Of a stretch of DNA of 39,748 nucleotides, positions 18,536 to 30,675 are shown piece after piece. Within the stretch, counting starts at the first letter, position 1, and the number at the start of each line of letters is the position of its first letter. The stretch is taken from the sequence record SRR20825006_387; one strand, written 5' to 3'. A model generated the notes under the pieces. That model was given only the letters and a program-made list of their open reading frames with translations, made no database searches and was not told the origin of the DNA. Both the position numbers and the translations under genes were made by a program.

Positions 18536-19282
18536 TCAGTCGCTGCTGGAGAAAGCCATCAAGATTCGCAGCACGTAATAGAACAACAACGCGACCGAAG
18601 CAAACAATGCCAAAGAAGCGGCAACGTGCTGACGCGTGTCGTAGTGATGCAAGACATTGGAAGTGTCGTAAAGAATGTAGCCGCATGCCAAGGCGACCAT
18701 CGCGGCACTGAAGAACAATCCCAATGAGAATCCGAAGAGAACGCCGCAAACGACGACGCCCATCGCAACCAAACCGGCGACAAACAGATACGTTCCCCAT
18801 GATGCGAGATCGACTCGCGTAAACATCACGAAACCTGTCAGACCAGCGAAGGTCAGCGTCGTGATGATCCCTGCTAAAATCGGAATCTGAGGCTGGTTCA
18901 TCACGCGAATCGCGATGTACATCAGCGGCAGCATGATCACGGCTTGGGCGACCACATACAGCCCCAACCCAGCGTATTGCAGCCCGCGCGATTGCCCGCT
19001 GCTGGCCCACGAACGAGCCATCCAACTGACGGCCATGAAGGCACCGAGCACCAACAACCAACCGTAGCCGCCAGTCATTCGCTGAACCAGCATCGTCATC
19101 GTGTCAGCTGGCACCAAAGTGAACAGAACCACTTCCAATGCCAAAAACGCGAACACGGCTCCCGACAAGTGAGCGTAGGTGCGTCGGATAAATCCAATGC
19201 GTTCGTTTTCATCCGCGTAGATCGCTGCGTTGCCGTAAGCGGCACCGTCGACACCGGACGAATAAGGATTCACGTTGCTCAT
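18536..19282 (-). CDS. Bax inhibitor-1 / YccA family membrane protein
   Basis: About 7 hydrophobic helices, ERIGFIRRTYAHL, GYILYDTSNVLH and ASLALFASVALLFYYVLRIL. Confidence 0.88.
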   Translation of the reverse strand: MSNVNPYSSGVDGAAYGNAAIYADENERIGFIRRTYAHLSGAVFAFLALEVVLFTLVPADTMTMLVQRMTGGYGWLLVLGAFMAVSWMARSWASSGQSRGLQYAGLGLYVVAQAVIMLPLMYIAIRVMNQPQIPILAGIITTLTFAGLTGFVMFTRVDLASWGTYLFVAGLVAMGVVVCGVLFGFSLGLFFSAAMVALACGYILYDTSNVLHHYDTRQHVAASLALFASVALLFYYVLRILMAFSSSD

Positions 19283-19790
19283 GAGGTAACTCGTTTCAAA
19301 GGAAAGTCTGAATCGTTGCTGGTTTCACAAATTGGATCGCAAAAGCAATCGTCGCTCGCAAACTCCGCGGGGGAGGTCGTTATCCCCGAGGGTACAACGA
19401 GCGTTTGCCGGCTGCATCCAGGATGAACGATCCACTCGAAGATTTCACGGTCGTTTCTCACCGACTCAGCGGCCGAGAAGACGCTTTGTCGACGATCAGA
19501 CAATTTGTGCGGTTCAAACCGGTTCTACGGAGCAAATCGGTTGTTGCTCGCTTCGAACATTTGGGTTTCCAGAAATATACCCCAATGCAACATCTTGGGG
19601 ATCAACCGAGAGCTCGATGTGGTTAAATTGCCAGGAGCAGCCCACTGAACGATCCGCTTATTCCAACGCAATCCTCGCACCTTTCCCGAAACGCCAAGGT
19701 GGCGATTTCTGGCAACATCTGGTGCCGCGTGATTGACTGACACCCGGACCGTCTCGCTCCTCGACACATTCCGTGAAGGAAACACAGATC

Positions 19791-20369
19791 ATGATCCTTT
19801 CCGGTCAAGACATTCAATCGCGGCTGGGCAAAGACATCGTGATCGATCCCTTCGATCCATCTCGTTTGTCGCCCAACAGCTACAACTTGACGCTTCACGA
19901 CGAGCTTCTGGTCTACGAAGAAGTCGTTTTGGACGCCGCATCACCCAACCGCTACCGCCGGCTTCCCATTCCAGAAGAAGGTCTGACGCTGCAACCCGGC
20001 ACGTTGTATTTGGGCCGAACGACCGAACACACCGAAACCCATGGTTTGGTTCCGATCATTCAAGGTCGATCCTCGCTCGGCCGTTTGGGGCTGTTCCTCA
20101 ATCCCGGCGGCAGTCTCGGTCATGCCGGATATCGCGGAACCTGGACGTTGGAACTGCACTGTGTGCAACCCGTTCGAATCTATCCCCACATCCAAATCTG
20201 CCAGATCACCTACTGGGAAGTCAGCGGCGACAGCCCCGAGGAAGCCAGCGAGAAATATCAAAACAGCAACGATATCCAGCCTTCACTGATGCATCGCGAA
20301 TTGGGTTTTGATGATCGAGACACGCAGCTGGAGCTCGGCTTTGACGAAGCCATTCGCAGCACGCCGTGA
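19791..20369 (+). CDS. dcd: dCTP deaminase family protein
   Basis: MILSGQDI…DPFD…PNSYNLTL, GRSSLGRLGL, WTLE, ICQI and KYQ. The central loop is atypical (see findings). Confidence 0.85.
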   Translation: MILSGQDIQSRLGKDIVIDPFDPSRLSPNSYNLTLHDELLVYEEVVLDAASPNRYRRLPIPEEGLTLQPGTLYLGRTTEHTETHGLVPIIQGRSSLGRLGLFLNPGGSLGHAGYRGTWTLELHCVQPVRIYPHIQICQITYWEVSGDSPEEASEKYQNSNDIQPSLMHRELGFDDRDTQLELGFDEAIRSTP

Positions 20370-20857
20370 ATCGCCGCAGCGTTGCGGAAATTCAGACGCG
20401 ACCAAATATCGCTATTTCCGCTGTCTCGCGAGATTTCGCCGTCCCGCGAGATCCCGCTTAGCAATCGGCAACACTGAGTTTGCGGTTGGTTTCTCCCGCC
20501 AAATCCGGTGACGACTCCAAACAATCGATCGTTGATCCGCGAACTCGGAAGAAATGTCGCCCGATCCAAGCTCGATGAGACGCAAATTGGCGGCATCGCG
20601 ACAAGGATGACTCGTTGATTGCCCCCCACAATGCTGCGTTGAGCTTTTTTGGGCGTTCAAAAGGTGCCGCAGAAAAACTTTCGCCCGAGCCAACGGGGGT
20701 TAGCACAACCAACTGTCCAGCAAAGCTGAAACGGGCATTTCAGAAGCCCTTCCTAACCTTGCTGGAAACGTGCAAGAACGGCTAAACTACTAGGTCTGAC
20801 CGAAAAACTCGACCTATCTGATCCAATCGTCCGCGAGCCCGGAGTTCTCTACTCTCT

Positions 20858-23590
<2,733 letters not shown>

Positions 23591-23728
23591 TTTTGGTCGC
23601 AAAAACGCGAACGTCGTTCGCGACGCATTGCCTGGATTTCAATCGTCCCCGAAACACCGGGGACTTGGCCGCAATCGAACGACCGAGCGTCTCAACCTTC
23701 TCCAATCACACTCTGACATATCTTTCCC

Positions 23729-25150
23729 ATGACTGAAGTCAAACTCCCCGAACTCGGCGACGGCATCGAATCTGGCGATGTCCTTGAAATTTTCGTTTCC
23801 GTCGGCGATGTGATCACCGCCGGACAAGACATCGTGGAAATGGAAACGGACAAAGCAACCGTTCCCGTGCCGAGCGACGTGGGTGGCAAAGTCACCAAGA
23901 TTTCAGTTGGCGAAGGTGACACGGTGCCAATCGGTGGCGTGTTGATTGAAGTTGAAGCTGCCGCTGGAGCCGAATCTGCTCCTGCACCGGCCGCTCCAGC
24001 AGAACCAGATAAGAAACCCGAACCCAAACCCGAACCCAAACCAGAACCTCAGGCGGAAGCACCTGCTCCCGAGCCCGCCGCTCCTCCTGCTGCAAAACCA
24101 GCCGCACCGGCGGCACCGCCCGTCGCTCAACCCGTGGCAACTCCCGCCGCCCAAACTCCCGCGGTCGCGGACGAACCCGATGCTCCCGTTGACGGCGGTG
24201 GATCGATCCCAGCCGGCCCTGCGATTCGCCGCTTCGCTCGCGAAACGGGTGTGAACTTGGCCAGCGTCACCGGAACCGGTGCCGGCGGACGTATCACTCG
24301 CGATGATGTTCTAGCTGTCGTGCGATCGGCCAGCCAAAAGGCCGCCGCTCCGGCTGCGAAACCAGCCCCATCGGCTGGCACGGCTGCACCACGAACCAAC
24401 GTTACATCGGGCGACCTGCCGGGAACTCCCGATACGGATGACTACGGTCCGATTCGCGTCGAACGCATGAGCAAGATTCGTAAAACGATCTCCGCTCAAA
24501 TGCACCTGTCTTGGTCCACCGTTCCCCGCGTGACCAACTTCGACGATGCCGACATCACCGATCTCGAACGACTTCGGCAGAGCAGCAAAGACGACTACGC
24601 TGCCCAAGGCCTCAAGCTGACCACGATGCCGTTCTTGGTCAAAGCCGTCGCGACTGCCCTTCGTCATCACCCATCGCTCAACGCGGTAATCGACTCCGAA
24701 AACCAGCAAGTGATCTACAAGGATTACGTCAACATTGGCATCGCGGTGGACACCGACAACGGCTTGGTTGTCCCCGTCATGCACAACGCTGACCAAATGG
24801 GCATTCCCGACACCGCCCGCAACATCGCCGAAATGGCCGGCAAAGTTCGCGGCGGCAAGTTCGGCGTCAATGACCTTCGTGGTGGATCTTTCACGATCAG
24901 CAACCTCGGCGCGATCGGTGGCCAATACAGCACACCAATCGTGAACGTTCCCGAAGTCGCCATCTTGCTGGTCGGCCGCTCGCGAAAGTTACCTGTCGTC
25001 ATGCCCGACGATTCGATCCAACCTCGTTTGATGATGCCACTGAGCCTTTCGTACGACCACCGTTTGGTGGACGGAGGAACCGCAGCTCGCTTCCTCAACG
25101 ATGTGATCGGATACCTGCAGGCACCAAGTCGTCTTTTGTTGGCTCTCTGA
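23729..25150 (+). CDS. aceF: Dihydrolipoamide acetyltransferase (PDH E2), single lipoyl domain
   Basis: Lipoyl motif METDKATVPVPS, Ala/Pro-rich linkers, peripheral subunit-binding domain (AGPAIRRFARE…GTGAGGRITRDDV), catalytic DHRLVDG; adjacent to aceE. Confidence 0.92.
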   Translation: MTEVKLPELGDGIESGDVLEIFVSVGDVITAGQDIVEMETDKATVPVPSDVGGKVTKISVGEGDTVPIGGVLIEVEAAAGAESAPAPAAPAEPDKKPEPKPEPKPEPQAEAPAPEPAAPPAAKPAAPAAPPVAQPVATPAAQTPAVADEPDAPVDGGGSIPAGPAIRRFARETGVNLASVTGTGAGGRITRDDVLAVVRSASQKAAAPAAKPAPSAGTAAPRTNVTSGDLPGTPDTDDYGPIRVERMSKIRKTISAQMHLSWSTVPRVTNFDDADITDLERLRQSSKDDYAAQGLKLTTMPFLVKAVATALRHHPSLNAVIDSENQQVIYKDYVNIGIAVDTDNGLVVPVMHNADQMGIPDTARNIAEMAGKVRGGKFGVNDLRGGSFTISNLGAIGGQYSTPIVNVPEVAILLVGRSRKLPVVMPDDSIQPRLMMPLSLSYDHRLVDGGTAARFLNDVIGYLQAPSRLLLAL

Positions 25151-25177
25151 GCCTGACGTAATCGAGACAAATCATTC

Positions 25178-25209
25178 AAAGGCCGAGTCAAACCGACTCG
25201 GCCTTTTTT
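25178..25209 (+). terminator. Intrinsic terminator after aceE-aceF
   Basis: Perfect 12-bp stem AAAGGCCGAGTC-AAACC-GACTCGGCCTTT running into a T6 tract, 28 nt after the aceF stop. Confidence 0.9.
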
Positions 25210-25341
25210 CGTTTGACCACGAGAGCTTCCACCTCACATCACCAATCCGAACTGAGAACAAGTCCATACATTGGACAAAGGAACACCTCGTGACAATCAT
25301 TGATGGTTCCCCATCCCATCGTCACTGGACTCAGCACACTG

Positions 25342-27735
25342 ATGAAACAGATTCATTTCGCTGCCCTCGTCTGCCTTTCCTTCTTTCCTGTCTTTGCATC
25401 CGCTCAGGCTCCGACGGCCACCAACCTTTTGAGCGATGAAGGGCTCGCCCGCCAAGAGGCCCATGCGTATTTGTTCGACGAGTTTTCGAAGGACAAAGAA
25501 TCGACTTATCGGGGCGAAGGTGAAAACCGAAACCTGGTCGAGCTGGTGCTCTCCAATGAAACCCTTCAACTCGGCGGAGACGTTTCAATCGAGTTGCCGG
25601 CCGGAAGCCAACGGGTCGCTTCGCTGTTCAAGTACATCATCCTTCGTGGTAAAAACCTGAATCATCTTGGCGGCATCGAGGTCGCTCCCTATTCCGGTGG
25701 CGGAACGGTCGAACGCAGCACTCAAGAACCCAAGCTGTATCGTTTTAAATTGCCCGCGATGCCTGTCCCCAGCGAGGAAATGCCGCCGATCCGCATTCGC
25801 ACCCGTTGCGCCGATGGCAAGACCGCAACCGTCACGCAGATCGCCTTCAACTCACAAGGCAAACTGCCGGTGAAGTTCGACGACATCCCTTATCGAACTC
25901 TGGGCGCCGACCGACCACGCGTTCCGGTCAACGTGCGTGTCGACCTGCAACACGAACTTTCCATCGCCGGCCACGTCGACTTGGAACGCCAGAAGTTCTT
26001 TCGCTACTATGCCGCACCGGGGACTTCCGACCCCAGCTTTGAACGATGGGCAAGCGAACGCAACTTCTCCCCGGGCCGGCAAATATTCAAGCTCGATCCT
26101 GCTTTGGTCGTTGGCTATGGTCCCGGCGAAAAGCTAAAGGAAGATTCCAACAACAAAGGAGCCGCTGACCTCACGTTTTTTGATCGCCACGATTCGTCGC
26201 CACCGAAGACGATTCCCGAGTTCGAAGCCACCGACTATGCGATGTGCTTGAACGACTACCCCGAATTCATGTCAGTGGAACATATCGGACGGGGAACACC
26301 TTTGATCGAGCACTTTGGCGACGCAGCGAACTTAGCCGCCGCTCACATCGCAGATCAACGACGTGATGGCGGACGAACCGCGAAATGGTGGGAAGTCAAA
26401 AACGAATCCACCATCAAAGCCGAGTGGGACTACCACTATCAAAAGGAACATGATTCTTGGGCTTTGCTCGCCGAGTTTCATAATTCGGTCGCCGAGGCCG
26501 TGCACGCGAAAACTCCTTCGGTCAGCGTCGGTGGCCCGACCTCCGCTTGGATGCAATTGCACGTCAACCAATTTGGCCTCTATCGCGACCAAACCCGCTT
26601 CATGGATCTCACTCGTGATCACCTGGACTTTTACTCACACCACTTCTACGAAGACATGGGCTCGCTCGGTGCATGGGCACGTCGCGACAAAGGTTACTCG
26701 GGCTACTTGCTCGGTCGTCTCGAAGCCACGCTCGACATGTTGCAAGCACACATGGAAGAGACCGACAACGTCAAACCCATCCTGATCACCGAGTGTGGTT
26801 CACTTCAAGCTGGACGCGGTGCGGCCGACTATTGGTTGCGTCTGCGATCTTTCAGTGCATTCTTGCACAAACTGATGAGCCGTCCGCATCAAATCGATTT
26901 GTCGGTTCCGTTTGTCTTCACGAACATGCACTGGAACCCGACCAGCGGAAACGTCGCTTTTGTTCCAACCGAAGGTGCATCGGCGAGAGGTCCTTTGGCC
27001 GATTTTCAGCCCACCCCCGTTGCTGACTTCTTCGAGCTCTGGCGTGACTTCGATGGTCGAAGACTCCCCGTCGCAACCAATGGTCTGGCTGAAGTCGGCC
27101 TGAACGCGACGGCTGTCTATCAAGGCAATCGTTTGCAGCTCGCACTGACCAACATGACCAGTCATCAACTCAGCGTTCACCTATCGGAAATCGCAGGCGA
27201 AGCATTGCACGCATCGTCCATCCAGCAACGACGTTTGCGATACAACGACGGCGAAGTCATCTACGAAGACGCGATTTCATTGTCCGATTCGAAGGCGATT
27301 GAAGTCGACGCGGAGGAAACAACCGTGCTTACGTTCACGTATGACGAAGCGATTCAGCCTAAAAAGACACTGCTTCGCGAGTTTGCTTACGCAGCCGGCA
27401 CCGCCGTGACCGCCGATCAAACGCAAACATTCCAAATCGATATCGACGACGCATCCGATATCGAATCGGCTAAATTGGTCGTCGGGGTCCACCGAATCAA
27501 AGGACTTGAGCAAGCCGTTTCTGGTACGTTCAACGGTCACCGTTTTGAGTCACACCCGGAGTGGACCCACAAGTTTGATCAGCTGTTGGCACCGCTGGAA
27601 ATTCCGATCTCTAAAGACTGGCTGCAAAATAACAACCAAATCCAAATCGAACCCCAACCCGGACTGACGATCACCTCAGTCCACTTGATTCGCGACAGCA
27701 TCAGTGAGGCCGTCGATAGCGAACACGGTCAGTGA
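25342..27735 (+). CDS. Secreted clan GH-A glycoside hydrolase, GH86-like (beta-porphyranase/beta-agarase-like)
   Basis: Signal peptide (…VFASA-Q), acid/base WWEVKNE, VGGP, LDFYSHHFY, nucleophile ILITECG, LFELWRDFDGRR-type motif and C-terminal beta-sandwich regions resembling GH86 porphyranases. Substrate is inferred. Confidence 0.65.
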   Translation: MKQIHFAALVCLSFFPVFASAQAPTATNLLSDEGLARQEAHAYLFDEFSKDKESTYRGEGENRNLVELVLSNETLQLGGDVSIELPAGSQRVASLFKYIILRGKNLNHLGGIEVAPYSGGGTVERSTQEPKLYRFKLPAMPVPSEEMPPIRIRTRCADGKTATVTQIAFNSQGKLPVKFDDIPYRTLGADRPRVPVNVRVDLQHELSIAGHVDLERQKFFRYYAAPGTSDPSFERWASERNFSPGRQIFKLDPALVVGYGPGEKLKEDSNNKGAADLTFFDRHDSSPPKTIPEFEATDYAMCLNDYPEFMSVEHIGRGTPLIEHFGDAANLAAAHIADQRRDGGRTAKWWEVKNESTIKAEWDYHYQKEHDSWALLAEFHNSVAEAVHAKTPSVSVGGPTSAWMQLHVNQFGLYRDQTRFMDLTRDHLDFYSHHFYEDMGSLGAWARRDKGYSGYLLGRLEATLDMLQAHMEETDNVKPILITECGSLQAGRGAADYWLRLRSFSAFLHKLMSRPHQIDLSVPFVFTNMHWNPTSGNVAFVPTEGASARGPLADFQPTPVADFFELWRDFDGRRLPVATNGLAEVGLNATAVYQGNRLQLALTNMTSHQLSVHLSEIAGEALHASSIQQRRLRYNDGEVIYEDAISLSDSKAIEVDAEETTVLTFTYDEAIQPKKTLLREFAYAAGTAVTADQTQTFQIDIDDASDIESAKLVVGVHRIKGLEQAVSGTFNGHRFESHPEWTHKFDQLLAPLEIPISKDWLQNNNQIQIEPQPGLTITSVHLIRDSISEAVDSEHGQ

Positions 27736-27805
27736 ATCTGCTTAGTTTCATTTGCACTGTGCTTTATCACAGCGGCACCGACGTTCCATACCATTGCGGA
27801 AAACC

Positions 27806-28345
27806 ATGACAACCTGGATCGCTCTTTTTCGCGGAATCAACGTTGGTGGCAAGAACAAGTTGCCGATGGCTACCCTGCGATCAACTTTGGAATCCATCGG
27901 GTGTCAGTCGATTCTCACTTACATTCAAAGTGGGAACGTCGTGTTCTCGTGCGAGCCTAGCTCGAAAGAAGCAATTGCCACACGAATTGCCGACGCGGTG
28001 GACGAGAACTTCGGGTTCCGGCCTCAAGTGATGCTTCTGACGAAAGATGAATTTCAATCCGCCGTCGCGAACAATCCGTTCGCTGATGCTGTTGCCGCTC
28101 CCAAGACGCTCCACTACTTTTTTCTCTCGACCCAACCGGTTCATCGAGATCTTGCGACACTCGCCGAACTCGCAACCGCTACCGAACGCTTCGATTTAAT
28201 TGAAAACGTGTTCTATCTCCACGCTCCCGACGGGTTTGGAACGTCCAAATTGGCCAAAAGCGTTGAGCGAAAACTGGGCGTGGTCATGACTGCTCGCAAT
28301 CACTCAACCGTTGAAAAACTCGCAGGCCTTCTGAATCCTGAATAG
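27806..28345 (+). CDS. DUF1697 family protein
   Basis: MTTWIALFRGINVGGKNKLPMATLR…TYIQSGNVVF…NPF…TARNHSTVEKL signature. Confidence 0.9.
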   Translation: MTTWIALFRGINVGGKNKLPMATLRSTLESIGCQSILTYIQSGNVVFSCEPSSKEAIATRIADAVDENFGFRPQVMLLTKDEFQSAVANNPFADAVAAPKTLHYFFLSTQPVHRDLATLAELATATERFDLIENVFYLHAPDGFGTSKLAKSVERKLGVVMTARNHSTVEKLAGLLNPE

Positions 28346-28402
28346 TCCATAATGTCCGCTGCTCGGGACGCAACGACTTTTAGTTTCTTTCAGAGATTCA
28401 AC

Positions 28403-29413
28403 ATGCAACCGATATCAATCGTGATCCTGGCGGTTCTGACCGCCAACGCTTCACTCCTTTCAGCGGCGACGCCCGCCGAAACAGTCGCCAAGCAAACCGA
28501 CGAATGGTTCCGCGGTGCCGAAGGACAACACGCGATGCGTTGCATTCTGTCTTGGCAAACCGATCATGGCGACTGGCCAAAGAACACTGACACGACGTCC
28601 AAACTGTTCACCGCTGGCGATGACAAGCCGAACGGCACCTTCGACAATGGCGCCACCATTGGTGAACTGCAAGCCTTGGCGAGAGCGTTCAAAGCGACGG
28701 GCCAAAACGAATACAAGTCAGCCTTCTTGAAAGGTCTTGATCATCTCTTGGCCGCCCAGTATCCCAATGGTGGATGGCCACAGTACTTTCCGCTCAGCAA
28801 AAAGTACCACCGCCACATCACCTTCAATGACGGCACGATGATCAATATCATGCAGTTCCTTGAAGAGGTGGCTGAAATCCCAACCTACGAGTTCTTGGAC
28901 GAGCAACGTTTGGTTCGGACGCGAACCGCATTGACTCGCGGGATCGAGTGCATATTGGATTGCCAAGTGATTGTTGACGGTGAACGGACCGTTTGGTGTG
29001 CTCAGCATCATGCCGAAACGCTCGCCCCGGTCCTCGCCAGAAGCTACGAGCACCCATCGCTCAGTGGTGCTGAGAGTGCAGGAATACTCCTTTACCTGAT
29101 GGAATTGGATGAACCATCGCCACGGGTGATTCAGGCAGTGGAATCCGGCGTGAAGTGGTTCGACTCGGTTCAAGTGAACGGGTCCCGCTATCAAAAGCGA
29201 AAGGAGCTTCCATCGCTGATTGCAGACAACAACGCTCCGTCAATCTGGGCTCGTTTTTACGACATCAAAACCAACCGTCCGATGTTTAGCGATCGCGATG
29301 GGACAATCGTTTACGATTTGGACTTGGTTGGTGAAGAAAGAAGAAGTGGCTACACGTGGTATGGAAATTGGGGATCAAAGGTCGCCAAAGCTCACGCAAA
29401 ATGGATGAAGTAG
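28403..29413 (+). CDS. Pectate lyase, family PL10 (PelA-type), secreted
   Basis: WQTDHGDWPKN, TFDNGAT, AQYPNGGWPQYFP, HITFND, WCAQH, ARSYE, WARFYD and ERRSGYTWYG motifs; signal peptide. Confidence 0.92.
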   Translation: MQPISIVILAVLTANASLLSAATPAETVAKQTDEWFRGAEGQHAMRCILSWQTDHGDWPKNTDTTSKLFTAGDDKPNGTFDNGATIGELQALARAFKATGQNEYKSAFLKGLDHLLAAQYPNGGWPQYFPLSKKYHRHITFNDGTMINIMQFLEEVAEIPTYEFLDEQRLVRTRTALTRGIECILDCQVIVDGERTVWCAQHHAETLAPVLARSYEHPSLSGAESAGILLYLMELDEPSPRVIQAVESGVKWFDSVQVNGSRYQKRKELPSLIADNNAPSIWARFYDIKTNRPMFSDRDGTIVYDLDLVGEERRSGYTWYGNWGSKVAKAHAKWMK

Positions 29414-29544
29414 CCCGACGCGATGCCCATCCGATCACGGTGGACTGTATCAAATGCCGGCATACATGATTCGGTCGCGCTCTGGGGCTATCATGAATCA
29501 CTCACCAAGAAAGCCTCCACCTGCCGAACGAAGCCGAGTTGAAG

Positions 29545-30660
29545 ATGAATCATCCTTTCCGCCTATCAGTCCTGTTTGCACTGACGCTGACCGTTGCATG
29601 TTGCTGGACTTCGGACGCGTTTGCGCAGCGTGAACGTCCGACCATCAAGAATCGATTGGAAAACGATGATTCGAACGACGACGGGAAAGTCTCCAAGGAC
29701 GAATTCAGTGGACCCGAAAACCTGTTCAAACGTCTCGACCGCGACGGTGATGGCCAAATCGACATTGAGGAAGTTGTCGGAAACATGTCCGTAAGACGTC
29801 CCGAAAACGGCCGAAACCCATCTGCTCGTGCACCGCGAGGTGTCGAAGTCAAACGCGATGTCGTCTTCGGAAAAGGCGGCGGCCGCGACCTCAAAATGCA
29901 CATCATTTTGCCCGAGTCAAAACCAAGCAAACCACTGCCGGCTTATGTTTGGATTCACGGTGGTGGATGGCAAGCGGGTTCCAAGGAAGGCGGCGTCAAC
30001 CAAGTCGCGAGAGTTGTGGCAGAGGGCTTCGTGGGCGCAACGATCGAATATCGCCTGACCGGGGAGGCACCTTTTCCCGCACAAATCGAAGACTGCAAAT
30101 GTGCCATTCGCTTTCTTCGTGAACACGCCGACCAATACGGTATCGATCCAGATCGCATCGCCGTTGGTGGCAGTTCGGCGGGCGGGCATTTGGTCGCGTT
30201 GCTGGGCACGTCCGGCGATGTGGAAGAACTTGAAGGCTCCGGCGGTTGGCCTGAACAATCCAGTCGCGTCCAGGCGGTGGTCGATCTTTATGGACCAACC
30301 GACTTTTCGAAGTTTGTCACCACGAAAGGTTTTGAGTCCCACAACCGGGATGGTTCGCCCGAATCGAAATTGCTCGGCGGAGGTGAGGTTCTTGGGAATG
30401 ACGAGGGAATTCGTCGCGTCAATCCGATCACCTACATCGATGACGAGGATCCGCCTTTTCTGATCATTCACGGAACGAGCGACCCCGTCGTTCCGGCGAA
30501 CCAAAGCCAACTGATCCATGACGCTCTCGAATCAGCCGGTGTCGATACAACTCTCAAACTGATTCGAGGCGCAAAGCATGGTGGCAAAGAATTTTCCGAT
30601 CCCGAAATTCGCGAATTGATCACGACGTTCTTGAAGAAGCATCTGCAACCGTCTGAATGA
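29545..30660 (+). CDS. Secreted alpha/beta hydrolase (esterase, HSL/BD-FAE-like) with N-terminal EF-hand pair
   Basis: IHGGGW oxyanion motif, GSSAGG nucleophile, HGTSD and GAKH. EF-hand loops DSNDDGKVSKDE and DRDGDGQIDIEE. Confidence 0.88.
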   Translation: MNHPFRLSVLFALTLTVACCWTSDAFAQRERPTIKNRLENDDSNDDGKVSKDEFSGPENLFKRLDRDGDGQIDIEEVVGNMSVRRPENGRNPSARAPRGVEVKRDVVFGKGGGRDLKMHIILPESKPSKPLPAYVWIHGGGWQAGSKEGGVNQVARVVAEGFVGATIEYRLTGEAPFPAQIEDCKCAIRFLREHADQYGIDPDRIAVGGSSAGGHLVALLGTSGDVEELEGSGGWPEQSSRVQAVVDLYGPTDFSKFVTTKGFESHNRDGSPESKLLGGGEVLGNDEGIRRVNPITYIDDEDPPFLIIHGTSDPVVPANQSQLIHDALESAGVDTTLKLIRGAKHGGKEFSDPEIRELITTFLKKHLQPSE

Positions 30661-30675
30661 AAGCGGCTTTACCGC

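Noticed and set aside
20370-20857. Riboswitch or ncRNA in the long intergenic regions upstream of aceE (and at 19283-19790, 6096-6495)
   Set aside because: Only short or imperfect inverted repeats (e.g. TCTCGCGAGA) and no recognisable riboswitch or tRNA consensus.
24014-24048. 12-nt tandem repeat (AAACCCGAACCC) as a contingency locus
   Set aside because: It is in frame and encodes the PEPK linker of E2, an ordinary low-complexity linker.
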